Below, piece after piece: positions 1 to 8,964 of a DNA stretch of 55,915 nucleotides (its first letter is position 1; every line of letters begins with the position of its first letter). The notes beneath the pieces are model-generated. The model saw only the letters and a list, made by a program, of their open reading frames with translations, searched no databases and was not told the DNA's origin. This DNA is from Candidatus Latescibacter sp. (lineage in GTDB: Bacteria; Latescibacterota; Latescibacteria; Latescibacterales; Latescibacteraceae), in assembly GCA_030692375.1 (NCBI GenBank), contig JAUYCD010000054.1, positions 1-55,915 of the forward strand, read 5' to 3'. The position numbers and the translations under genes were made by a program.

Positions 1-198
1 CGCATATGCACCCACAGTATTGATGTAGAACCGGTCGTCCATATCTGACCGCCACAGAGAACCTTTCTCACCTCCGGGTTTCTTCGAAATATCTCTTTCG
101 ATAAAATGTATCTCGTATCGCTCCCCTATTCCCAAACAGGTCTCCTTCAGAGTCCTTTCTACTTCCTCTGTACCTTCCACCAATATTTCGCCGGACAT
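1..198 (-). CDS. partial ORF running off the left edge (first 66 codons), function unknown
   Basis: An ATG at 198..196 (minus strand) opens the frame MSGEILVEGTEEVERTLKETCLGIGERYEIHFIERDISKKPGGEKGSLWRSDMDDRFYINTVGAYA. The frame stays open to base 1. It is absent from the ORF track because it is truncated. No family recognised. Confidence 0.3.
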   Translation of the reverse strand, partial: MSGEILVEGTEEVERTLKETCLGIGERYEIHFIERDISKKPGGEKGSLWRSDMDDRFYINTVGAYA

Positions 199-330
199 TC
201 AATGTGATAGAGGAGTATACTCTTATTATGTCTCTTCAGTATGTGTTCGCTCATACCCAAAAGATAACCCCGAAGCAGAGCTTCGAGGAATTCTTTTGAT
301 TAAGGCTTTACGATAAATGCCCTGTATGCG

Positions 331-369
331 TTAGGAAACCGTCTCTCTATCCACCTGAGCTATGGGGGC
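331..369 (-). other. tRNA-like 5' half (acceptor 5' arm, D-arm, 5' anticodon stem and a loop reading UUCCUAA, i.e. Arg-CCU-like) with no matching 3' half
   Basis: The minus strand reads GCCCCCA-TA-GCTC-AGGTGGATA-GAGA-G-ACGGT-TTCCTAA. The following bases (CGCAT...) cannot pair with ACGGT. No T-arm and no TGGGGGC acceptor complement occur anywhere downstream in 1..330. Confidence 0.4.
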
Positions 370-445
370 TGGATTTCCGGTTTCAAAAATAACGTTTTAC
401 ACAGCCAAAGTCAACAGGCGCATGCTTATCAAACTTGCGCCTGAA

Positions 446-955
446 CTATTTTTTCAGGAGCGTATCGATTTTCTTCCAGGAAATTTTACCGCTTTCTGAA
501 ACGGTGTATTCAAATAACTGCTGCCCGATGGCGTTCCCCGAGTCCCAGGTGGCATACACCCATATGGAGTTGAGGACGTACATGCGCACATCCTTGTAAA
601 AGGAAGGCCGGGCGCCGAAAATACCTTTGAAGGGCATGAGATCCTCACGGCTTCCCAGGTCATTGACGAGATCTTCCACCGGATCCTTGAGGCCTTTTTT
701 CTGTAGTTCTTCCCTTTCTTCGGCGGTGAGTCCCGGCTGGCTTTTGATTATATCCTCGATACGAGCCCGGAGAATGACAATTTCACGGTTCATCTTTTCA
801 TTTTCCGCCTGTAAGCGCTCGTTTTCCTGCCAAGCGGCTTTGACCGCCTTTCCGGAACATCCGGCAAGGAACAGGAATAATCCGGCGCTCACCGCCAAAC
901 CCGGAAGTAGTGTAAATAATCGCAGCCATTTCTTTTTTTGAACATGGACATTCAT
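446..955 (-). CDS. hypothetical lipoprotein with a coiled-coil segment
   Basis: 169-aa ORF. It has an N-terminal signal sequence ending in the lipobox LAGC, followed by a heptad-like charged stretch (ENERLQAENEKMNREIVILRARIEDI). Confidence 0.6.
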   Translation of the reverse strand: MNVHVQKKKWLRLFTLLPGLAVSAGLFLFLAGCSGKAVKAAWQENERLQAENEKMNREIVILRARIEDIIKSQPGLTAEEREELQKKGLKDPVEDLVNDLGSREDLMPFKGIFGARPSFYKDVRMYVLNSIWVYATWDSGNAIGQQLFEYTVSESGKISWKKIDTLLKK

Positions 956-985
956 GAATTGTATCCTTATCTTTTGAGTGTTTAT

Positions 986-1092
986 ATCCTGAAACGAGTT
1001 CAGGATGTAGCGGACTCTTCGACAGGCTCAGAGTCCGCTGACCGAGCACTGAGCTTGTCGAAGTGCACGTGTCATGCCGAATTTGTTGCCGC
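986..1092. repeat. family-A modular palindromic repeat, long form (H3 hairpin + long H4 hairpin + H2-like CACGTG palindrome + degenerate H1), reverse orientation
   Basis: CCTGAAACGAGTTCAGG at 988..1004. CTTCGACAGGCTCAG...CTGAGCTTGTCGAAG at 1017..1063. TGCACGTGTCA and TGCCGAATTTGTTGCCGC follow. The same modules recur at 2971, 8842, 10054, 26086, 40864 and 55818. Confidence 0.85.
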
Positions 1093-1179
1093 TTCGCGGG
1101 AACGATGAAACCGTTTCGGCATCTATTTTAAAAAGAAACGCAATAAAATATGTCGTCAGGTTCAAACTCCTTTTGCACC

Positions 1180-2955
1180 CTACCCGAAATGCATCCGGCT
1201 CAGCTTGGCATAGATTCCGTTCAATTTCAAAAGCTCGGCATGGGTTCCAGTCTCACGGATTTTGCCGCGGGCGAGGACATGGATACGGTCCACATTTCTG
1301 ACTGTGGAGAGCCGGTGAGCGATTACAATCGAAGTCCGTCCTTCCATAAGTACCGGCACTGCCTTCTGGAGAAGGCTTTCTGTGAACGTATCCACGCTTG
1401 CGGTAGCTTCGTCTAAAACGAGTATCTCACGGTCTGCGGCAAGGGCGCGGGCAAAGCTGACAAGCTGTCGCTGCCCCTGGGAAAGCCGAGAGCCGCGTTC
1501 CATAACAATAGTATCGAGACCGTCCTCGAGGCCTTCGAAGAAGCGGTCGGAGCCCATACGGGAAAGCACCTGTTGAATACGTTCGCGGGAGACCGCATCC
1601 CCATCTAGGCGTATATTATCGGCCACCGAGCGGTTAAACAGGAACGAATCCTGCCCCACATGCGAAAAAAGCGCGTGAAGCTCTTCGAGCGAGAGACCCC
1701 TAATATCCCTCCCTCCAATGAGAATGCTTCCCTGATTGACATCGTAAAACCGGAGGAGCAGGTTGATGATGCTCGTCTTTCCCGCTCCGGAAGGTCCCAC
1801 GAACGCCACCCGTTCTCCAGCCGCCACACGGAACGAAACATCACGGAGCACCCATTCCACGCCTTCGTAGGCAAACCAGACCCGGTCGAAAACGATGTCA
1901 CGGCTGCCCGAAAGGGGAAGAGGACGGGCAGGCTCGACAACCCGGGCTTTTGTATCGAGGAGGGTGAAAATCCGCTCGCTCGAGGCCAAGGCGGAGAGCA
2001 GCGTGTTGAAATTTTCCGCAAGCTCACGGATCGGCCAGAAAAACATGTCCACAAGACGGATAAACGCTATCAGCACCCCGATCTGGATGGTTCCCTGGAA
2101 GATACGGTGCCCGCCGGAGATGAGAATGAGCGCCAGGCCGAGCATCCCGATGAATTCCAGGAGCGGGAAAAAAATGCCGTAATAAAAGACATTGGATATT
2201 TTCGCCCCCATCAGCCGATCGGAATAAATCGAGAATTTTCCGTAGCTCCAGTCTGTCCTGCGCATGAGCTGAATGAGCCTCATGCCGAGAATGCTTTCCT
2301 GCAAAAATGCATTAAGGCGGGCGGTACCCTTACGGATGATCCGATAAATGATACGTATTTTGTTTGCAAACATCGCCGCAAGAAGGTAAAGGAGCGGAAC
2401 GACAGTCAGAGTGATAACGGCCAGTTTCCAGTCCATGTAAAACATGACTCCGATGATGCCGGCGATGATGCTCAGATTATTGAATGTGCTCACAGCCCCG
2501 GTGGTGTAAAGATCATTCAGCGTGCTGACATCGTCTGTGGTGCGGGTCATGAGCCTTCCCACCTGGTTATGGTCGAAAAAGCTCATTTCCATGGAGAGGA
2601 TGTGCCCGAACACATCCATGCGGAGATCGTGCATGATCTTCTGGCCGAGAACGCCGGTCAGCAAGTTCAGCGCATAATCTACCGCAAACTTGATGAAGTA
2701 AAGCCCGAGGAACACGATCATGAGAAGATCGAATCCCTTGAGATTCCCGGTGGTGATATGGTTGTCCACCGCTATTTTCACCAGGTAAGGCCGGGCGACC
2801 AGAAGCAACGAACTCAGGATGCTGAACACCAGCGCAAAAACAGCCATGCCTGCAAAGGGACGGATGTATCCGGCCAGGCGTTTGAACGCGGTCCATGGGG
2901 TGTATTCCCTGACAGTGTCAGGAGTGATGCCCCTATTGTTGTTCTGATTCTGCAT
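1180..2955 (-). CDS. ABC transporter, fused permease/ATP-binding subunit (MsbA/MdlB-like exporter half-transporter)
   Basis: 591 aa. The N-terminal half has six TM-like segments. Walker A GPSGAGKTS, signature LSQGQRQ, Walker B ILVLDEATAS. It is adjacent to a paralogous half-transporter. Confidence 0.9.
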   Translation of the reverse strand: MQNQNNNRGITPDTVREYTPWTAFKRLAGYIRPFAGMAVFALVFSILSSLLLVARPYLVKIAVDNHITTGNLKGFDLLMIVFLGLYFIKFAVDYALNLLTGVLGQKIMHDLRMDVFGHILSMEMSFFDHNQVGRLMTRTTDDVSTLNDLYTTGAVSTFNNLSIIAGIIGVMFYMDWKLAVITLTVVPLLYLLAAMFANKIRIIYRIIRKGTARLNAFLQESILGMRLIQLMRRTDWSYGKFSIYSDRLMGAKISNVFYYGIFFPLLEFIGMLGLALILISGGHRIFQGTIQIGVLIAFIRLVDMFFWPIRELAENFNTLLSALASSERIFTLLDTKARVVEPARPLPLSGSRDIVFDRVWFAYEGVEWVLRDVSFRVAAGERVAFVGPSGAGKTSIINLLLRFYDVNQGSILIGGRDIRGLSLEELHALFSHVGQDSFLFNRSVADNIRLDGDAVSRERIQQVLSRMGSDRFFEGLEDGLDTIVMERGSRLSQGQRQLVSFARALAADREILVLDEATASVDTFTESLLQKAVPVLMEGRTSIVIAHRLSTVRNVDRIHVLARGKIRETGTHAELLKLNGIYAKLSRMHFG

Positions 2956-2970
2956 GTTTTTTTTCTATTA

Positions 2971-3025
2971 GATGCCGAAACAAGTTCGGCATGACACGTG
3001 TCACCCTGAACTTGTTTCAGGGTCT
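2971..3025. repeat. family-A modular palindromic repeat, short form (H1 GCCGAAACAAGTTCGGC + H2 ATGACACGTGTCA + H3 CCTGAACTTGTTTCAGG)
   Basis: Three consecutive hairpins are read directly. It overlaps the 3' end of CDS 3001..4755 and provides its last codons and its stop. Confidence 0.9.
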
Positions 3026-4755
3026 GCAGGATCCAACGATTCTATAGCTTCCTGTTCGTTGTAGAGCGCCGCATATTCTCCGTTCAGTCGCATGAGGGAT
3101 TCATGTGTTCCGCGTTCAATGATCTTTCCATCGCTCATATAGAGAATCTCGTCAGCATTCCGTATCGCTCCCAGGCGCTGGGTGATTATTATGGCGGTTT
3201 TATTCCGTATCACATCGTGAACATTCCTCAGTATGGTCATTTCCGTAACGGTATCCACACTGGAAAGGCTGTCATCGAGAAACAGGATAGGTGCATCGCT
3301 GATAAACGCCCGGGCTATGGCGATGCGCTGGCGCTGGCCGCCGGACACGGTGATGCCCCTTTCACCTATGACCGTGTAGTATCCCGCCGGATACGCGGCA
3401 ATTTCCTCATCGATGGCGGCGAGCCGGGCTGCATTTTTGATGCTCTCCATGTCCGCCCCTTCCTTGCCGAACGCAATATTTTCCGCCACTGTCTCACTGA
3501 AGAGGAATGTCTCCTGGGGAACATAGGCGATGGATGAGCGCAGGCGGGTGAGCGAAATGTCGTTTATATCCATGCCATCATAAAAAATAATCCCGCGGGG
3601 TATTGAAAAGGTTCCGGTCAATAGATTCAAAAGGGTGCTCTTTCCCGAACCGGTCCTTCCCACGATTGCCAATGTACCTCCCGGCTTCACCTCGAACGAA
3701 ACGCTCTCAATCGCCTCACGGTCTCCGTTATAGGAAAAATGGAGGTTCTGTACGCTGACTGCGCCGTGAAGGGGTGTAGTATCGGGATCGGCGTCCGGGC
3801 GTTCCTGCTCTACATCGAGAATCTCCTGAATACGGCGCGCGGAAGCTGTACCGCGCTGGAAAATAGCCACTACCCATCCAAGGGCGATGGCCGGCCATGC
3901 CAATAATCCGATGTACAGGATGAAGGCTACTATGGTTCCGAGAGAGGTCTGGCCTGAAATCACCTTGTGCGCCCCGATCCAGAGAACAAGAATCAATCCG
4001 AGGCTGGAAAATATATCGAGAAGAGGCCACATTATGGACTGGAGGCGAATGATGTAGCGGTTATTTTTCACATACCCTTCGCTCAGCTCCCTGAGTTTTT
4101 CCAGCTCTTTCTGTTCCAGGACATACGCTTTTACCACCTGAATGCCGTTGAGGTTTTCCTGGATGTGCGCGGAAATGTCGGAGTATGATTCCTGCACCCT
4201 GGTAAATCCGGTATGTATCCTGCGTCCCACGCGGTTTATCAGAAAGGCCAGAAAAGGAAACGGAATGAGGGCATACAGGGTAAGCTGTACATCCTTGGCG
4301 AACATGAAAACCAGCGCAGCGGGGAGAAGGACCAGGGCGTTCATGGTATACATGACCGCCGGGCCGATCATCATCCGCACCGCAGTAAGATCGTTGGTTA
4401 ACCGCGCAATAAGATCGCCTGTACGGGAGCTGTTATAAAACGGCAGGGGGAGCCGTAGCAGATGGTTGAATAGGCGTTTCCGCACATCGTTCTCTGCTTT
4501 CCAGGAAGCTCCGATAATGATGTACCGCATGAAGAAACGGGTTATGCCCTTGACAGTCTGGATGACGAAGATTAAACCTACCACACGGTACAGGTCGCTG
4601 AATGCGAAATGGGAACGAATGATGTCTATGGCTTTTCCGACATAGGAGGGGATAAACACATCGAGAATGTTGGTAACGACCACAAAAACCGAGCCAACGA
4701 GGAAGGCTTTCCAGCGTTTTTCAATAAAAGAACGGATAATGGCAAAATCAGTCAT
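3001..4755 (-). CDS. ABC transporter, fused permease/ATP-binding subunit (partner of 1180..2955)
   Basis: 584 aa. Walker A GRTGSGKST, signature VSGGQRQR, Walker B ILFLDDSLSSVD. The C-terminal DPETSSG-stop is encoded by repeat module H3. Confidence 0.9.
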   Translation of the reverse strand: MTDFAIIRSFIEKRWKAFLVGSVFVVVTNILDVFIPSYVGKAIDIIRSHFAFSDLYRVVGLIFVIQTVKGITRFFMRYIIIGASWKAENDVRKRLFNHLLRLPLPFYNSSRTGDLIARLTNDLTAVRMMIGPAVMYTMNALVLLPAALVFMFAKDVQLTLYALIPFPFLAFLINRVGRRIHTGFTRVQESYSDISAHIQENLNGIQVVKAYVLEQKELEKLRELSEGYVKNNRYIIRLQSIMWPLLDIFSSLGLILVLWIGAHKVISGQTSLGTIVAFILYIGLLAWPAIALGWVVAIFQRGTASARRIQEILDVEQERPDADPDTTPLHGAVSVQNLHFSYNGDREAIESVSFEVKPGGTLAIVGRTGSGKSTLLNLLTGTFSIPRGIIFYDGMDINDISLTRLRSSIAYVPQETFLFSETVAENIAFGKEGADMESIKNAARLAAIDEEIAAYPAGYYTVIGERGITVSGGQRQRIAIARAFISDAPILFLDDSLSSVDTVTEMTILRNVHDVIRNKTAIIITQRLGAIRNADEILYMSDGKIIERGTHESLMRLNGEYAALYNEQEAIESLDPADPETSSG

Positions 4756-4769
4756 AAAAACCTTTTATA

Positions 4770-4849
4770 AGTGACAAAGTGACAAAGCGGCAAAGCGGCA
4801 AAGTTTTTGCACTTACTTTGTCACTCTGTAACTTTGTCACTTTGTCACT
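4770..4849. repeat. inverted array of GTGACAAAG/GCGGCAAAG units forming a long imperfect palindrome
   Basis: AGTGACAAAGTGACAAAGCGGCAAAGCGGCAAAG - TTTTTGCACTT - ACTTTGTCACTCTGTAACTTTGTCACTTTGTCACT. It lies between the rlpA stop and the ABC transporter start. Confidence 0.8.
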
Positions 4850-4852
4850 TCT

Positions 4853-5290
4853 TCAGCGAATCACCGTGATTTCCACTTCCTGTATTCCGGTATTGACCAT
4901 CCCCAGCTCTTTTGCGGCGCCCAGCGAGAGATCGATAATCCGCCCGTCAACAAAAGGACCGCGATCGTTCACCCTGACAATGACAGTTCGGTTGTTGGCC
5001 AGGTTCAGCACCTCCAGCCAGGTGTCGAACGGGAGAATATTCATGGCGCAGGTAAGCCCGTACATATCGAATACCTCGCCATTCGAAGTTTTTTTCCCAT
5101 GATATTTGTCGGCGTAAAAGGAAGCGACCCCACGGAACTTTGTTCCGATCGGCGGTTTTTCCATGAGAACTTTACCGGTCAGGAAAGGCACGGTTGACTT
5201 ACCGCCGGCGCGGATGATCGTATATCTGGGCGAAGGAGCGCAACCCCAGCAAAGGAAGAGCACAATCAGCGCTGCTATAAGATTCCGCAA
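4853..5290 (-). CDS. rlpA: septal ring lytic transglycosylase RlpA-family lipoprotein (DPBB domain)
   Basis: 145 aa. Signal peptide with WGC lipobox. Motifs ASFYADKYHGKKTSNGEVFD and VIVRVNDRGPFVDGRIIDLS are typical of RlpA double-psi beta-barrels. Confidence 0.85.
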   Translation of the reverse strand: MRNLIAALIVLFLCWGCAPSPRYTIIRAGGKSTVPFLTGKVLMEKPPIGTKFRGVASFYADKYHGKKTSNGEVFDMYGLTCAMNILPFDTWLEVLNLANNRTVIVRVNDRGPFVDGRIIDLSLGAAKELGMVNTGIQEVEITVIR

Positions 5291-6217
5291 TCAATCCTCC
5301 GCGATCTGGAGACTTCCTATGATTTCACCAAGTGAGCTAAAACCGGACCGGACAAGATATTCGCGTATGCCCGCTATGACTTCCAGCGGCAAAAGAGGTT
5401 TCACAAACATCCCGCAGCCGATTTGCACGAGCGAAGCTCCTGCGATAATGAATTCAAGAGCATCGCGGGCGCAAAAGATACCTCCCATGCCGATAACCGG
5501 AATGGAAACAGATCGGGCAGCCTCGTAAACCATGCGCACCGCAACCGGCCGGATCGCAGGCCCGGAAAGCCCTCCGGTCACATTCGCCAGCATGGGACGC
5601 CGGGTATGGACATTTATCGCCATACCGGAAATCGTATTGATGAGCGATACGCCGTCCGCGCCGGCCGATTCAACCGCACGGGCAATACCGGCGATGTCGG
5701 CCACCATGGGGGAAAGTTTTGCGATAATGGGCTTTTTGGTCTCTTCACGGAGTCGCTTTACCAGGGAAAACGCCGATTCCGGGCAGGCGCCGAACGTAAT
5801 CCCGCCCTCTTTCACATTTGGGCAGGAAATATTGATCTCGAATGCCCGGACAGCGCTTTCGCGGTCAAGGCCGGCGCACACCTTCCGGTAATCATCCACA
5901 GTGCGTCCTGCGACATTTACCATGACCACCGTGTCCAGCCCTGATATACGGGGAATGACTTTTTTGATGAAGGCATCGAGTCCTTCGTTCTGAAGACCGA
6001 TGGCGTTGAGCATCCCGGAAGGGGTTTCGATAATGCGGGGCGGCGGATTCCCGAGGCGCGCCTCCGGTGTAACAGCTTTGGTTACAAACCCGCCCAGGAG
6101 TGAAACATCGTAGAACTCTGCAAATTCCTCGCCGTTCCCGAAAGTCCCGGAGGCCGCGAGCACGGGATTTTTGAATTCCAGGCCAAAAAGCCTCTGGGAC
6201 AGACTTACCTCATTCAC
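5291..6217 (-). CDS. pyrD: dihydroorotate dehydrogenase, class 1B catalytic subunit
   Basis: 308 aa. Motifs FKNPVLAASGTFG, NISCPNV (class-1 Cys base) and IGMGGI. There is a 4-nt overlap with the upstream pyrK. Confidence 0.93.
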   Translation of the reverse strand: MNEVSLSQRLFGLEFKNPVLAASGTFGNGEEFAEFYDVSLLGGFVTKAVTPEARLGNPPPRIIETPSGMLNAIGLQNEGLDAFIKKVIPRISGLDTVVMVNVAGRTVDDYRKVCAGLDRESAVRAFEINISCPNVKEGGITFGACPESAFSLVKRLREETKKPIIAKLSPMVADIAGIARAVESAGADGVSLINTISGMAINVHTRRPMLANVTGGLSGPAIRPVAVRMVYEAARSVSIPVIGMGGIFCARDALEFIIAGASLVQIGCGMFVKPLLPLEVIAGIREYLVRSGFSSLGEIIGSLQIAED

Positions 6218-6993
6218 CAGGAAACCTCATCCGCATCGAAAACCGGTCCCTCCTTGCATGACCGCACCATGGAACCGTCGGCCATACGCACCGCACAGCC
6301 CAGGCAGACGCCGATACCGCAGGCCATGCGTTCTTCGAGACTTACCTGGCAGGGCACGCCGGACTTTTTGGCGATCTTCGCCACCGCCTTCATCATTGGA
6401 CGGGGGCCGCAGGCATACAGGGCGCCCGGAGAGAGTTCTCCCATACGCTCTTCAAGGAGAAAAGACACCAGGCCGTGATATCCGCGCGAACCGTCATCGG
6501 TGGCTTCCAGAACCGACACACTCTCACATATCAGTCCTTCGATGAGAGAAAGGTGGGTTACAGTTTTTCCGCCCATCAGGAACACTGCCGGCCTTTTCCC
6601 GGACTGCCGTATCGATTCAGCCAAAAAGAGCAGCGGCGCAGCGCCGAATCCCCCGGCGACGAGAACTACGCTTCCGTTTCCGCCAAGGCTTTGATCGAAG
6701 CCATTCCCCAGAGGACCTACCAGGTTCAACATCTCGCCGCGTTTCAGGGAGCAGAGGAGCGCTGTTCCCAAACCGACCACATCGATCATCAGGCTTATGA
6801 TTCCATATTCCGGCCGGCTTCCGCAGATGGAGAACGTCCGCCGGAGGAACGGATCCGTTCCCCGCCCTGCCCGAGCCTGGACAAACTGCCCCGGAACCGC
6901 GTTTTGCGCGATCTCACCGCAGGCGACCTCGATGATATACCCGCCTGGTGTGCGGCGTTCAGTTCGCAAAATACCTGCTTCGTATTCGCGCAT
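6214..6993 (-). CDS. pyrK: dihydroorotate dehydrogenase electron-transfer subunit (FAD/2Fe-2S)
   Basis: 259 aa. FNR-like fold motifs (RRTFSI, GPLGNGF). C-terminal 2Fe-2S cluster motif CGIGVCLGC...C. Confidence 0.9.
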   Translation of the reverse strand: MREYEAGILRTERRTPGGYIIEVACGEIAQNAVPGQFVQARAGRGTDPFLRRTFSICGSRPEYGIISLMIDVVGLGTALLCSLKRGEMLNLVGPLGNGFDQSLGGNGSVVLVAGGFGAAPLLFLAESIRQSGKRPAVFLMGGKTVTHLSLIEGLICESVSVLEATDDGSRGYHGLVSFLLEERMGELSPGALYACGPRPMMKAVAKIAKKSGVPCQVSLEERMACGIGVCLGCAVRMADGSMVRSCKEGPVFDADEVSW

Positions 6994-8818
6994 TTCTCTC
7001 TCTTATCTTTTTCATCTCTGTTAACTCGCTCTCCGCAGCCGAGGCGGGGCCGGAAACCGCAGGCGCCTGCGCCGCTGACGCTGCCCGTGCCTCGTCGGAA
7101 GAATAGTATGCGATACTCTTCTGGATATCCGTGACAATTTTCTTTTCGTCCACGATGAAGGACAGTTTCCTGGCGGACAGTTCTACAAATACTTTATTAT
7201 TCTCGTTCGGCTTTTCCTCGGCAAGTTTTTTATAAAGCTCGAGTGCCTTATTCATGTCACCGGCGTCATGTTCGTAGAAGTAGGCGATGGCAAAACGGGC
7301 CTGGAAGGCGCTCTTGGTCTTTGGGAAGCTGTCCGCCACCGCCTGATAGAGAGGAAGATACACTTTCGGCCCCTTGTTTTCCATGCGGGCAAGCTCGGCA
7401 TCGCGATACAGTTTCAGGTCCGGAGGAACGCTGATCATCCCCAGGTGAACTTTCAATTCCTGAGAGAACTGGCTTTCCGGATACTTATGAATGATTGTTT
7501 GCATAAGAGCTTTTTCCGCTTCCTCCGAATATTTTTTTTCCAGCTTCAACTGAGACAATCCGAGGGAAAAGTCGCTCCGTACCGCATATTCGGATTGGGG
7601 CGCCTCCTTAAGGATCAGATCGTACTGGGTGACTGCTGAATCGGCATGATCGAGGGAATACGTCAAAAGCTCCGCAAGAAGGAAGCGTTTATGAGCCCGT
7701 TCCTCCGGTTTGTCCTTCAGCTTGTCGATATCATTCGTCCATGCATTCAAGCTGTCGATCTGGGCCGATCGGTTCTTGGCGTCCGCAAACCAGTTTTCGG
7801 AAACGCGGACATTTCCCTGGCTGACCTTAACGTAGGCATCTTTGGCTTCGTTCGCCTTGGACAGATCACGGATGGTGATGTTTCCGACATGATACCAGGC
7901 TTCTTTGGCCGCCAGAGAATCGGGGAAATCCCCTGCCATGTTGCGGTAGGTCTCCACTGCTTTTTCGGCGTCCCCTTTCAATTCATAGATCTTTCCGATC
8001 TCAAGTCGGATACCCGGGGCGAAATTTACAAATTCACCCTTGCTCTGCATACTCGTCAGGAAAGCCAGGGCTTCATCATATTTCCCCAGCTTCGCCTTCG
8101 ACTGGGCAATCAATGAATTGGCTCGAAATTTCATCCTCGGTTCGATCTTTTTGGAAGCCAGCTTTTGAAGTTCTTCCGCCGCCTCCTGGTATTTATTCAG
8201 ATTATAAAGCCCCTCTCCCTTGTATAACATCGCCTGGTACAGGATTTTTTTTCCCGGATCGGAACCTGCCACCTTCCGGGCGGCGGCGATGAGATCCTCC
8301 CATTGGCCGTCTTTATAGTTTATCTCCGCCAGGGTGAGCCCTGCCTCACCTTTAATTGCACTCTTTTCCGTTGAGGCCAGATCGTTCAGCTCAATACGGG
8401 CCTCATCGGTGAGGCCGACCTCTATCATGCAGCGTGCTTTATAGTATCGCGCCTTCGGAACGAATTCGCTCGAGGGAAAAGCTTTCCGAAGTTCCTCAAA
8501 CTTGGTGCGGGCGCGGGTATAATCTTTCATGTAATAGTAGGACATGCCGATGATGAACACGCTGTTATCCGCATACCGCGAAGTTTTGTAGTCCTGGAGG
8601 ATCTTATAAGCATTGTCGACGGCGTCTTTATATTTCTTACCAGCTTCGGGGCTGACATTGTTATCTCTATTTCGCAGCCGTTCGGCGTCATTGTAATTCC
8701 GCTGTGCGAGATAAAAGGTATTGAAATATGCGCATCCGGAAAAACCCACTCCCGCGAGGAGCAGGAAAATCAAAAGAAATCCATGAACAATTCGTCTGTT
8801 TATTCTTTTCACCGACAT
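6959..8818 (-). CDS. TPR-repeat lipoprotein
   Basis: 619 aa. Signal peptide with FSGC lipobox. Many 34-residue TPR-like repeats (A..Y..A/G pattern) run throughout. Confidence 0.75.
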   Translation of the reverse strand: MSVKRINRRIVHGFLLIFLLLAGVGFSGCAYFNTFYLAQRNYNDAERLRNRDNNVSPEAGKKYKDAVDNAYKILQDYKTSRYADNSVFIIGMSYYYMKDYTRARTKFEELRKAFPSSEFVPKARYYKARCMIEVGLTDEARIELNDLASTEKSAIKGEAGLTLAEINYKDGQWEDLIAAARKVAGSDPGKKILYQAMLYKGEGLYNLNKYQEAAEELQKLASKKIEPRMKFRANSLIAQSKAKLGKYDEALAFLTSMQSKGEFVNFAPGIRLEIGKIYELKGDAEKAVETYRNMAGDFPDSLAAKEAWYHVGNITIRDLSKANEAKDAYVKVSQGNVRVSENWFADAKNRSAQIDSLNAWTNDIDKLKDKPEERAHKRFLLAELLTYSLDHADSAVTQYDLILKEAPQSEYAVRSDFSLGLSQLKLEKKYSEEAEKALMQTIIHKYPESQFSQELKVHLGMISVPPDLKLYRDAELARMENKGPKVYLPLYQAVADSFPKTKSAFQARFAIAYFYEHDAGDMNKALELYKKLAEEKPNENNKVFVELSARKLSFIVDEKKIVTDIQKSIAYYSSDEARAASAAQAPAVSGPASAAESELTEMKKIRERNARIRSRYFAN

Positions 8819-8841
8819 ATCAGCTCATTTTTTCGGATATA

Positions 8842-8962
8842 GATGCCGAAACAAGTTCGGCATGACACGTGCACTTCGACAAGCTCAGTGCTCTGTCAGC
8901 GGGCTCTGAGCCTGTCGAAGAGTCGCTTCATCCTGAACTCGTTTCAGGATCTAATTGCGCAA
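8842..8962. repeat. family-A modular palindromic repeat, long form (H1 + H2-like + H4 + H3 + GATCTAATTGCGCAA tail)
   Basis: GATGCCGAAACAAGTTCGGCATGACACGTGCA - CTTCGACAAGCTCAG..CTGAGCCTGTCGAAG - ..CATCCTGAACTCGTTTCAGGATCTAATTGCGCAA. The last 34 nt (8929..8962) are identical to 10112..10145. Confidence 0.9.
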
Positions 8963-8964
8963 TC

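Noticed and set aside
417-441. Hairpin GGCGCA-N13-TGCGCC downstream of the lipoprotein gene as a rho-independent terminator
   Set aside because: The stem is short, the loop is large, and no U-tract follows on the transcribed (minus) strand. This is not enough evidence to call a terminator.
364-445. GGGGGCTGGATTTCCGG on the plus strand resembles the 5' end of tmRNA (GGGGCUGAUUCUGGAUUCGAC)
   Set aside because: A roughly 350-nt tmRNA would run through the well-formed lipoprotein CDS on the other strand. No tag-ORF or 3' tRNA-like end is visible. The G-run is simply the complement of the tRNA-like acceptor arm.
1660-2994. 444-aa plus-strand ORF, one of many long ORFs antisense to strong minus-strand genes
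   Set aside because: It lies entirely antisense to the ABC transporter gene, which has clear Walker and signature motifs. Its own translation is low-complexity, rich in R/P/G/H, and has no motifs. This is a typical shadow ORF in GC-rich coding DNA.
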